The position numbers and the translations under genes are program-made. Positions 39,184-50,500 of a DNA stretch of 64,000 nt are shown here, one piece after another. Under the pieces are notes generated by a model. The model was not told the origin of the DNA. It saw nothing but the letters and a program-made list of their open reading frames with translations, and did no database searches. The DNA comes from an uncultured Planctomycetia bacterium (GTDB lineage Bacteria > Omnitrophota > Gorgyraeia > Duberdicusellales > 4484-171): contig CAZAYU010000003.1 in NCBI GenBank assembly GCA_964489445.1, positions 134,715 through 198,714 of the forward strand, written 5' to 3'. Within the stretch, counting starts at the first letter, position 1, and each line of letters begins with the position of its first letter.

Positions 39184-39975
39184 GAGCTTTCTTCCGGTTA
39201 TTTCTTCAAGATTAGAGATAAAGGCATTATTGCCCAATGGTCTACCGTTTCGAAAATGTTTTCTAAAATTGTGTATGTCATTATTTTTATCTTTAGATAA
39301 AAGATACAAAGACCAGTCGTTTATTCCTGAAAGCAAAAAATTATCGTCTAATAAATGATTATGCTTTTTGTAAACATGAGAGTAAGCGCTTGACCATTTA
39401 TAATTTTCTGCTTTTTTAACCATTGTTGCCCTTACTGGATTACGCTCAATGTAGCGCATTGCTGCGAATAAGTATTCTTCAGATAGAGGGTAAGATTTGA
39501 ATCTTCCTTCCCATAAATAGCCGCGCCAATTTTGGCGGGAATTTATTGTGTAAGTGTATTTTCGGTGTGCATCGCCTAGCCCTTTGGATAAACTATTCTT
39601 TGTTTTCGGAACAACAATAAGATGAACGTGATTATCCATAAGACAATATCCCCAAATGGATATTCCTGCCGGTTTTGCGTAATCGTTTAGACAATTTAGG
39701 TATAACTGCTTGTCTTCAGGTGTAAAAAATACTTGTTGTCGGCGATTGCCTCGCTGAATAATATGGTGCGGGCATTTTGGTATAACAATCCGTGCTATTC
39801 TTGGCATAATATATGTTAACAGGAGTAAGTAAAGCAATATAGCCTTCTTAATAAATAGACGAAAGAAAGATAGTTTTTCTTTCAAAATATTAAATTTTTT
39901 TGGATTTATCTATACAGATGAAGTAATTTAAGGAATGATTTGCCCAAATAATGAACAATTAAGTGTCGTGTCCCC
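39129..39975. mobile_element. Y1/HUH transposase unit bounded by 17-bp inverted repeats
   Basis: GGGGACACGACACTTAA at 39129-39145 (and 39067-39083) and its exact reverse complement at 39959-39975. Confidence 0.65.
39142..39807 (-). CDS. REP-associated tyrosine transposase (RAYT, IS200-like Y1 family)
   Basis: Start MPRIAR at 39807; HHIIQRGNRRQ, YCLMDNHVHL (HUH), RYIERNPVRA (catalytic Tyr), YKWSS. Confidence 0.9.
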   Translation of the reverse strand: MPRIARIVIPKCPHHIIQRGNRRQQVFFTPEDKQLYLNCLNDYAKPAGISIWGYCLMDNHVHLIVVPKTKNSLSKGLGDAHRKYTYTINSRQNWRGYLWEGRFKSYPLSEEYLFAAMRYIERNPVRATMVKKAENYKWSSAYSHVYKKHNHLLDDNFLLSGINDWSLYLLSKDKNNDIHNFRKHFRNGRPLGNNAFISNLEEITGRKLRRDKPGPKKINNS

Positions 39976-40228
39976 CAATTGCAAGGATGATTGCGGTTGT
40001 GCCTTCTTTGCGATAAATGCTTTTATATCCGGAGGTAATTGTAAATTCCCAGCAGTCTTTGGTGCCTTCAATCTTCCTGCGCCTTAAAAGCGGAGAAGAC
40101 TCATTTTTTAAAAGCATATCGATACACCAATAAAACCAATGAAAATTCTTCTGTATTTGAGCCGGAAGTTCTCGTTTGTTCTTGATTTTATTTCTTATCG
40201 GTTCGGTGATAATGATTCGGTTGATCAT
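39959..40228 (-). CDS. RelE/ParE-superfamily toxin
   Basis: 89 aa, basic; LRRRKIEG...WEFTI...ILAIGGHD; 4-nt overlap with the upstream antitoxin. Confidence 0.7.
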   Translation of the reverse strand: MINRIIITEPIRNKIKNKRELPAQIQKNFHWFYWCIDMLLKNESSPLLRRRKIEGTKDCWEFTITSGYKSIYRKEGTTAIILAIGGHDT

Positions 40229-40503
40229 CCTTCAATATCCTTTCGTAGTTCTTCGGTTGAATTGTATTCAGAATATCTGTGGTCGGCTATTGCTTTTTCT
40301 GAATTGCTAATTGCTTTTTGCCATTTTGAGCTAAAAAACTGTGTTTGTTGGGTATTTACCGCTGATACCGGGGTAATAATTAGTTGATTGTTCTTTACTT
40401 CCAAGCGTAGTAAATCACCAGCGTTGATCTTTAATGCCTTTCTCATTGAAGAAGGAAGGGTAATCTGACCGTTTCTGACCACTTTTCTTATTGTTTCGAA
40501 CAT
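40225..40503 (-). CDS. AbrB/MazE-family antitoxin
   Basis: VVRNGQITLPSSMRKALKINAGD swapped-hairpin motif. Confidence 0.85.
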   Translation of the reverse strand: MFETIRKVVRNGQITLPSSMRKALKINAGDLLRLEVKNNQLIITPVSAVNTQQTQFFSSKWQKAISNSEKAIADHRYSEYNSTEELRKDIEG

Positions 40504-40554
40504 TTGTGCTCCTTTTTTCAGCTGATTACGGCGATTGTGAAAAGATTGCAGCGA

Positions 40555-40922
40555 TTACCTCATTAATCTTCTTACTTGGCAGCTTTTGTTTCCAAAATTA
40601 ATCAATAATCCTACGTTGCAGCCAGTTATTTTTAAGTAAGATAAAACCTGCGCTTCAAATATTTTGGCATGTAACCGGTCAAGGCTTTAACTTCCACAAT
40701 TATACTGTTTTCAATTATTAAATCTAATCTTAGAGAACCAACTTTTTGGTTAGCATACTTTATTTTATATTGTTTTTCTGTATTGTAGTTTAATCCTGCT
40801 GAAGTTAAGGCAATTTTTAAAGCATTGTGATAGATCTTTTCACTAAATCCGGGACCTAATTCAGAATGAACTTTATGCGCGCAGCCAATTATTTTCTCAG
40901 TAAGGGGGTCTCTTTTTTCCAT
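40555..40922 (-). pseudogene. Frameshifted GxxExxY (PD-(D/E)XK-like) gene
   Basis: GPGFSEKIY, DLIIENSIIVEVK; adding one A near 40662-40665 restores the family C-terminus FEAQVLSYLKITGCNVGLLINFG, ending at 40555. Confidence 0.8.
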
Positions 40923-40986
40923 CTTTGTAATCTTTTAAAAATCATGGTAATCATAAGAAGTATACCACAGTAGGCTAGTCAAATCA

Positions 40987-41019
40987 ATATGTAATTTACA
41001 TATTATGTAAATTACATAT
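40987..41019. promoter_or_regulatory. Perfect palindrome / tandem operator boxes
   Basis: ATATGTAATTTACATA-T-TATGTAAATTACATAT; each half is itself TATGTAA-N-TTACATA; abuts a minus-strand TTGATT-N17-TATACT promoter (40959-40987). Confidence 0.6.
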
Positions 41020-41205
41020 AAAACCAGGTAATAAAGCCTTAATTCTTCTAAATAGACTATTTTGCAATTTTTACTCTGGTAATACTCAAATACTCACTAA
41101 TCATCTATTTTTATTGTGGATTTTGTTCAATCAATTTTTAAATGAATAAGTATAACTACCCAAAGAGTGTTTTTTAAAAAAAAACGAAAAAAGTACCAAT
41201 TTTCC

Positions 41206-41235
41206 TTGTTTTTTTCTTCATATATATGTTATATT
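41206..41235 (+). promoter_or_regulatory. Putative sigma70-type promoter with extended -10
   Basis: TTGTTT-N18-TATATT with TGn; matches 29781-29810. Confidence 0.6.
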
Positions 41236-41243
41236 TATATTGT

Positions 41244-41382
41244 AAAGTTCGATAAGGGCAATCCTGACTAAGTCAGGTGCGCAAAGCCACGGATCCCAAA
41301 AATAGTGGATAACTGATTTATCATAGTCTGAGGCTACGATAAACCGATATTGCTCAAGGGAAAGCCGGGCTGCCGAAACTTT
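41244..41382 (+). ncRNA. c-di-GMP-I (GEMM) riboswitch aptamer
   Basis: P1 AAAGTTCG/CGAAACTTT; AAGG-GCAATCCTGAC-TAA-GTCAGGTGCGCAAAGCCACGG...AGCCGGGCTGCCG; G at the specificity position. Confidence 0.85.
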
Positions 41383-41414
41383 GAAAATAGAGTTTTGACA
41401 GTCCGGTTTTTTTT
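41364..41414 (+). terminator. Riboswitch expression-platform intrinsic terminator
   Basis: GCCGGGCTGCCGAAACTTT/AGAGTTTTGACAGTCCGGT stem followed by a T-run; overlaps the aptamer 3' strand. Confidence 0.85.
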
Positions 41415-41530
41415 AAATAGCCGACAGGACACATTATGAGAAATAAAAAGATGAAAATGAATATATTGGGGAATTTGTGTTATTTATATAGTATATATAC
41501 ATTTAATTTTTTTTTAACTATACAAGATAA

Positions 41531-44500
41531 ATGAGCATAGAACAGAAACATACTGGCGTATTTAATGAAGCTCAAAAGGAAAGGGCAAAGCCTTGGATTA
41601 GAACAATTGCGTTGTTGGTTGTCTTTGCTTTTTTGCATCAGAATATTGTTTTAGGGTTTACCGGAAATAATTTTTTCTTTCAATCTCAAATAATGCCTCA
41701 AGGGCCCAAGGCAGTATTAGATATTTCTTCTTCTTTCTTGCAGGAAGAAGCTCCGGAAGCAGTAAGGAATATCCTTAATGCAGTATCTTCAAATCCTGGA
41801 ATCAGCAAGATTAAATTTCCTTCCGGCAAAATCTTAGATGTTAACAATAAGCTAAATTTAACGCCGCAGGGCATAGATCAAATTTATACGTTACTTAAAG
41901 AGAAACCCTGTGGAACAGAAGCGCTTTATGATTACTTGAGAAATTACGGATTAAGCAATTCGCAGACTGAAGTCGCCAGCATTCTTTTTTCTATTGATGT
42001 TCTAGAAAATTCCGAAAATTTAAGAATAGATCCGCAATCTCTACAAAATTCATTATATAGTCTTGTTCATGGTGCAGAATTTTTTGGGTACCAGCTAACA
42101 CCGATAGAGCTCAAAAAACCCTTTCCGGTGTTTATTCTGCAGGAGTTTACTCCGTTTATCGCCCATTTCAAGATTGGACATTATGTAGTAGTTAGAAAGA
42201 TCGAAGATGGAAAAGTTTTTTGTATTGATAACGGAATGCCGGCGGAATATAGTTTAAAGAAATTTTTACAGGATTTTAGCGGATATGCCGCAGTAGCTAA
42301 TTTTAAACCTTTTAGTTTTGTGAAAAAGGTTTCTTTAGATAAGGCTAAAGTGATTAAAGGTTCGCGTCAAGGAACTAATTTAAGAAATTGGTCGCAGTTA
42401 GCGAATTTAGATAAAATCAGACAGCAGGTTGATGATTTTCGCAGTGATGCTCAAAGTAAAATCTTAAAAAGTATGGCTATCCAAGCGGGGATTTCTGTTG
42501 TTGGCAGTTTTGCTTCCGGATTTATTAAAGGGGCTGCCGGAACAGTTCCTAAAGGGGCAACAGTTGCAACTGATTTAACTACCGGAGGTAACTATCTTGT
42601 AGAGGGAAGTGTTGGAGCGAGAACATTTACAGAAGTAGGTAGTTTTTCACACATGGTAAACTCTGGTTGGACTAATATGGCTAGTTCATTTTCTAGTGTT
42701 GGTAGCGGGATGGTGATGGGTTTGTCCGGATCAGCCTTATGTACCGGAATTTCCGGAATCGGTCGAGCATATGACTGGGATAGAGGCACAACGAGGATAG
42801 TTTCTGCTCTTTCGATGGGCGCACTATACGGTGGGTTACAAGGGTTTTCTGGCGGCGGACAATATGGAATGTTTGGTGCGACTGTGGATGCTGGTTGGAC
42901 CGGAGCCTTAAAAGGAGCTGCAGCCGGAGTAGGATATAATTTAGTAAGAGTTCCGGTGGGTGATTATTTAGCCGAAAGATTTGGTGAAAATTGGGATACA
43001 GTAGGTTATGCGATTGGCGGTATTGCCGGAGATTTAGCGGCTAGCAGCATAATGTCCGGATTAAACGGTGATTTTACTTTAGGCGGTAAAATAGAAGTGG
43101 ACCCAAATAAAGGTTATGGTTTGGGCGATCATTTGTATGGTCAGATAGGCAGTTGGACAGAAGATTTAGTGACTGCGGGAATGCAGGGCTTGGCTAATGA
43201 ACTCGATTTAGGGAATACTTGGGAGGCAATGTTTTCATTTTCCGGCGGCTTTAGCCGAGGGTTAGTGGATAGCCAATTGAATAAGCAAACTAGCTGGCAT
43301 GATGGCTTAATGTCTGGATTAGAAAAGGGTGTCTATTCAATGGGGGTAAGTTACTTTGAAAATTGGATGGAAGATAATATTGGCGGGGCGTTAGGAGATT
43401 GGGTTAAAGACTCAACCATGAATCGGAATATGCTGGCTAATTTAGCTACCGGGACTTTAGCCGGCGGGTTTTATGGTTTAGCCAGCGACAATGATTGGAA
43501 TATTCCGGGGATGACTCAAGAAAACAAGAATTTAGGCTGGTGGAACATTGCGACAATTCCGTTAGATAGTGTTGTAGAAGCCAATCAGGCGATGTTTAGT
43601 TTTGGTAAAAGCCGGTTGGATAGTGGTCAGATAAGTTTTTCTAAATATCTTCAGAATCTTACTGACGTGTTTATTCCCAAATATGACTGGCAAATTAGCC
43701 GGGAAGTGCGCAGCCAACTTAAAAACTACGATTATGATAAAAAGTTAGAACTAGCCAATAATTTCAATCAGAAGGGCTCTCTTTATGAGGGTAAAATATT
43801 TAATTCCGACGGCTCAATTAATAATAAAGCCTTATCTGATGCGTATGGTAATTTTATGGTTGATCAGTCTTTGTATCCGGACATGATGGAGAATTTCCTT
43901 CAGGCGATGGACAGTATGGGCGCTCAGTATCACCACTGGAATGCAGTAGCTAATTTACAGAAGTTTGCCAGTCCTATTGTTCAACAGTCTATAAGCAGCC
44001 TGACTAAGTACAATGCGATGGATGGTAATTTAGGGATAGTAACAAATCAAGCAATAGAAGATCTAAAGGGAAGAGATGTTTTTCAGAGTAGGACTACAGT
44101 CAATGGGCATCAGGGATTTAAATATGAAGAAAGGGAGTACGATGAATACGGTGAATACGAGATGTATATTGAATCTAAGCAAACGAGCAATCCTTACAAA
44201 GAAGGTTCTAACTTAGCAGGAATGCTAGAACGATATAAGGATTTAGATTCCGGGACAGAATCTAAAGACATCCGCTATGAAGATGGATTTGTTTTCTATC
44301 GTTTGGGAGAAGCTTATATTGACGATAAAACTATGGACTTTGTATTCATAAACACAAATCATGAACAAAGAAATTTTAATTTCAATAGTATCGAAAGTTT
44401 CATCGGGCCCGTAGATAAATTGTTAAAAGCAGGGCACTCGGCAAATAGTATTACATCTTTAAAGAGTTTCGGGATTGATTACGTAGCGATTTCTATTTTC

Positions 44501-47500
44501 AGTAATCTTAAAAGTGCCACTAAATTTTACGGGATGAAAGATGTTGACTGGTGGTTTGACGAAATCATGGCTGTGGGTGAAAAAAAACTAGGAGAATATC
44601 ATTACGGAAATAATTCAATAAAAGGTAATTTTTGGCAGACCGCAGACCAAAAAGGAAAATTAATCAGTTTTCTTTCAGCTGATGCCAAAATGTATGATGG
44701 CGCAAATAACCAAATTGGTCATGCTTTAGCCGGAGTAGCCCGGGCCGGAATGCCGCAATTAATTTTATTCAATCAGGAAAAATACAATCTTTCATTGTCT
44801 AGCTCTTCAAACGGATTATCCCGCCAGATTCCTGTTCAAGGGCTGATGCATGTAGCCGAAATAAATAATGATTTAAGTGTTCAGAAAGGTTCATTTATTT
44901 CTTTTGATGTTAATTCAGTTAAACAAAAAGACGGGAAAATAAAAAATGAACTTAATCCGGCTATTCCCAGTGATTTTTTAAGCCGGCTAAGCAACAAAGA
45001 TTTAGGCATTGAGTCTTTAAAGATCAATGAATTTGGCCGACATGATTGGGGAAATACATTTTATACTGAAGGCCGGTATCAATTAAAATATGCGGATAAA
45101 GATGTGCAGATAACTCCGCGTTATACTGGATTTGGGGAAGTTGGAGATACCATTAAAATAGGGGATAAAGAAATTAAATTTCCGGTTTCTACTGCTTATG
45201 AAGTTCGGGTTGAATACAATAAAGGAATAACTTTTAAAGATATAGATAGGGGAAAGAAACAGATAGATATTTTTTCTATTGATTCCGACAATACAGATAT
45301 TGCCGCTAGTGTAGCGGCGAGGTATAGCGCGCCCTGGATTAGTGAAGTTTTAAACATAAAGAAAGCTGAGCCGGTATTTAGGCCGTTAGCTCCGAATGTA
45401 GACATAAAAGTGTTTACTTCGTCAGAAGAGTCCGGTGAAAATATCGCTGAAAATTTTTCTTTGGTTAAATCCGGGTTTGGCTTAGATGGAGTAAATATAA
45501 ACGGCAATATAAAGAAGAGATTAAGCGGTGTGCTTACTGGTGCGCGGGATTTGGTTCCGGAAAAAGTAGATGCCAGTTTTTACGGCAATGAACTTAAGCT
45601 TGATGAACAAGCAAAGACGAAGTTACCTTCGCAAAATTATCATCCGTATGCTTTTAAGTCAGAGAATTCTCCGATTACTGTAGGCAATCACCTGATACGT
45701 TATGCGGACGCTCGAAGTTCATGGGATATGTCTGTAGATAATAGCGGAAACTTTAGCAGTAATGTAAAATTAAGAATAGGTGGAAAAGTTGTTGTTAATA
45801 ATCGGATAAAATCTTTGTCTACTCAGAATAGAAGGATAGAAGCATTGCAAGGAACTGATAAAGTTTGGGCAGTGTATAATAGCGGATTATTTCCGGATAT
45901 GGCAGGAGTTATTAATGTAGGTAAAGGAGAAACAATTAATATGGTGACTTCTCCAAAAATTCCCACATTCAATAATCCGAAAGAAAAAGAAGCATTAACC
46001 GAAGTACCCAAAGATTTATTAGGAAATCAGATAAAAATTTTGAAGCCGGATAACAAGCCGGCAGCAAATCAGTATGAATTAATCCAAGAGCGGTTTGATA
46101 ACAATAAGGACATAATGAATGTCCTTAATGAAGGTACCCATGGAAGTCTTCGGGGTGTTTCTCGTGATGAACGCAGTGCGGTGAATGAATTTGGAGATGG
46201 CGCCTATGTTTTTTATACTGATTCTTCCGGTGTCAGTGGATATACTTATAACAGCATTTTCGATATACAAGGAGACCGGCCGGCTTATCCGCATAATTAT
46301 TATTTCGGATACAAAGATGCTCGGGTAATTACCCGCCAAGGGTCTTCTCGAGTAGAGTTTTTACCGAAGTTTCAAAATGCAGTAAAAAGTGCGTATCAAA
46401 AAAATAAAAATACTTGGAAGCCCGCTGTTTATTGGCAAATGGTCCAAGATGAGTCAACGATTCTAAACAATAACAACATTAAGCTTTCAGGTCAGAAAGA
46501 AGAGGTAAAAATTCCGGTTTCTTTAGTGCATCAGGGGGCATTATTGCATATAGATGGGCGATTAGCGGCGGTAAAAAAAGATTTTTATCAGTTACCCACA
46601 GCCTTAGCCGAAAAATCAGAAGATAAGCAGTTCTACGGAGACACCGCGCAAGGATTATTTATCTCCGGCTGGACTCCCCAATCGGTATTAAAAGATGTTT
46701 TAAACGTTAAATCGCAACATAAGTCTAGCGAACAAACAGGTAAGAATGACATAGTCAAATTGAAGCAAACTGAAAAACAGCTTAGAACAGATGCAAATAT
46801 GATTTCATTTTCTTCGGAAACAGACAAGCAGAAGATTGAAATGGCACTTCAAAATTTTTCCCGCCAGCATTTTTCCGGAGATGTTCACGCGGTTATTGAA
46901 GGCAGTGTAGACACTTCCCAAGGTAATGTAGTAAATCTTTCTACTTCTTATCTTCTTTTAGGGAGTTTTAACAATAAAGAACGGGAATTGGTTATTCGGA
47001 ATCAAAAACCAGAATCTTCTCATTTAATTCCGTTTCAAGCCGGAGTTCCCAAAGGTCTAAAGGCTACATTTACTCCGGAAAAATATGAAAATGATGTGCT
47101 AAATAAAACATTAACTTACAGCGGAAAAGGAAACCTTCCGTTTGCTGTATTTCAATCTACCCCTCAAGGGTTTGCCGGCGGGTTTTTTAAGGTCGGCCGG
47201 TTTGGTGAAGTAACAGAAGAGCTATTAGTCCCATCTCAAGGTTTGGAAGCCTTGTCGATAAACACCAGTGATTTAAAAAAACTACCTGCTTATTATTCGA
47301 ATGTCTTATCCAGGGCTAAGGCTGCAGATAATAATGCGATAGCAAAGGGAGTACTTCCGTTAGCTGTTTCTTTTGGGGCAAAAGACAGAGTAAGCGTGGT
47401 TTTAGGTATGATTAATGGGAAAAAACCGGGTGAAACTTTCGCTGTTTTGTATAGGGGGCAATGGGGCGGTGATAATAATTTATATGGTGTCGGGTTTGTC

Positions 47501-50500
47501 AGCACCAAGAAAAATGGATTAATTTTAGATCGGGCGATACAGGATTCTGACAAACAATATGTCGGAAAAACAGAGATTGATGCCTTATATTTAGGTATGA
47601 AGGGGTATGGAACCGGCGGAACCGATAATTTTGGAATGAAAGCCGATATAAACCGCTCTCAAGTTTGGGGCCGAATTTCCGGTTACAGCAAGCAGAAAAA
47701 ACTAATAAAAGAGGCGGCAACGCCTAAATTAAAGATACACGATAATAATTTAGTGGAAATTAATTTTGGGCTCCAAAAGAGTATTCTTTTTGACCGGGAT
47801 AAAGCAGAATTTCCTGTTTCCCGGTTAAATAGCATTGCCCAGAATTTAGGGATAAAATTAAGCGGATTAGAAACTAAAGACTCACTTATTCGGAAAATTC
47901 AAGGAAAGCTTAAAATTACCGTTGACGGAGTAATCGGGCAAAATACTAAGCAGGCCATTTCCAAGGCTTTATCTTCGGGAAACTCTAATTTTTCCCAGCA
48001 AATTAAGCAGGCTTCTTCTACCGGACGCTCAATTTTAAATTTGGATGCCCAGGATGATCAAGAATATGGGCTATTACTAAAGGATTCCAATTTAACAATG
48101 TTTTTAAATCCGCTGACTGCCAGCGGACAGCCTAATGTCAATTTTGAGGATAAACTTTGTGTTTATGACAATGCGGTTTGGAATATTATTGATGCCGGGC
48201 AGATGGAAAAAAGTAAAGGCGAGATAGTTAAGTTTAAGCCGAGTAACCGTTCAGAATGGACAACAGTCCTTGAAGGGATCAAGCCCGGACATCTTTCTCC
48301 GGATAAGATTAAAAACAGTACTTTTCAGATTGCCAACCGTTTGAGAGCCGGTAAAGGAAAAGTATTTTTTGATGTAAATGGAGGAGTTAGTTTTGGCGCA
48401 GATACTACCTATTCTTTGACTATGGACATCAATAAGCGAAATATTGCTCAAACTCGTCCGTTAGGGATTGTTAATGATGGGTTGCTGGCGTTAATTTTAG
48501 AAGCGGAAGAAATGATTTCGGGAAAAGATTATGATCCGAGTACGCAAAAATGGCTTAAAGGTGCCAGGGAGAAAGGATTGGCTCAATTCAAGAATCAACA
48601 TAAAACTGAAATTTCTCTGCTTTCTGGGAAAATCCAGAATAAAGAAAAAATATCCGCAAAAGAGGCGCAAGCAATAGCTACTCAAGAGATTTTAAAAAGA
48701 GCCGGTGCTTCGCACGAAGACTTAAAAAATTTGGTATATCAGGTAGGAGCGGCTGCGCACACAGGCGATATTGCCGTGGGAAAAACATCCGCAGGAATTA
48801 CCCCACTTTTGGATAAAGAGAATATCAATCCGGCGATAATCAATGGTATAGAATTTTCAGTTATTGACCGGGGTAAGGTTTGGTTAAGCCGTCTTTTTGA
48901 ATCTGACGGTAATCAAGGGATAAAGGCATCGGCTCAACCGGTAGAGATAGCCAGTTTTGATATCGGAGATGTAATAAAGTGGCACGGAACTGAAAAGATT
49001 TCTAAGCAGAGAGTATTTACATTTTCTGCCGGAAAAGATGATGTCTTCCTATCTTTTGCTCAGAAGAAATTTAAACCGGAGCAAACAAAAAAAACCCAAC
49101 CGAGCTTAAAAGTAACTGCTAGATTAAAAGGAGCTAATTCAAAAGATACTACTGGGCAAAAAATTAAAAAACCAAATCCAGCGGCAGATGATGACGGTAT
49201 TTCGTTTGTGCGAGAAGCAAGCGCCTCTATATCTCCTAATGCCGTAAGTACCTCAACTCCTGTTGGTGAACAACAACAGGAAATAGATAATTTAAAAAAT
49301 AAGAAAAAAGTTATTGAGGGTCAACTTGCGTATTTGCAGAGTCAAAAATCTGAGGCACCTATTGATAGATATAATAATCAAGGGCCTTCTTACAAGGAAA
49401 TGAATAACCGGGAAAATGAATTAAAGGCCGAGCGACAAAAGATTCAAACTCAGATAAAAGAATTAGATGCTGCCGAACAACCTGTGGCTGTGGCAGAAGC
49501 GAATCCTTCTGTAAATTCAGCAAACAGCAGTGCAAGTCCATCGTTATCTTCTAAGGCCGAAGCATTACCGGTTGCAAAAACTAAAACAAACAATACAGGA
49601 TTATCTTTGATCTCTCCAGTAGATGCTTCTACGCCAGTTGTTGCAACAGAAACCACAACTTCGGATTTACCAGTAACAGCGAAAGATGATACAGGATTGT
49701 CTTTAATCCCTGCAGCAAGCGCTTCTATTCCTCCTATAGTAAAAGGTGGTGCAAGTAGATCTTTAAATGCAGAGGACAATAAACCAGCACGGCTTTTGCC
49801 GGGAGTAGAAAAATGGCTAGCAAGTGATGGTGTAGTAGAAATTGAAAAGCGCAAAGTAACAATACAGCCAAATAAAGAGAGTGTGTCGGCAACGACGAAT
49901 AAAAAAGGATCAACAATTAGTATGAGCGCTCTAATTAATGATGCCGTTAATGAGCGTCTTGCCATTGGTGATAAAAAAGTAGAAAGTGAAAAACATGAAG
50001 AAGCAGTATCACCAGTTAATACTACAGTTATTTCAACCACAGTTACTCCGGTGTCGGAAGAAGAAGTATATAAAGAAGGATATGTTGGAAGGGCAAAAGG
50101 ATTTATTTCCAGTCTTTTTTCTGGTAGCAATGAATCTCAACCACAAGTAGTAAAAGAACCATACGAAAGTATGCATGATGCGGTTAATAGAGTGATGGAA
50201 GAAGACACAGCAGGATTATCTAAAGAACCACCAGCTTCAGTTGCAATTGAAAAACCAAAATTAGCGGCACCGGTTGTAACAACTAAAACAGATCCGGTGG
50301 ACAACAATGCAGGCTTCTCTTTAGTCCCTCCAGCAGATGCTTCTATTCCTCCTTCTGTAGTTACAGGAGAAGATAGAGTAAACAATAATGGACAAACAAG
50401 GCGCATTGATGATCCGAATAGCTGGAAAAATAGTGGCACAGTAGGAATTAAAAAGCGCGAAGTAACGATAAAACCGAACACAGAGATTACGTCGGCAACG

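Noticed and set aside
39004-39358. Plus-strand ORFs across the 62-bp duplication
   Set aside because: By-products of the duplication and the antisense transposase.
29833-41382. Riboswitches as cGAMP-sensing GEMM-Ib variants
   Set aside because: Both have G, not A, at the specificity position immediately before the P2 GCAA, favouring c-di-GMP; experimental confirmation is still needed.
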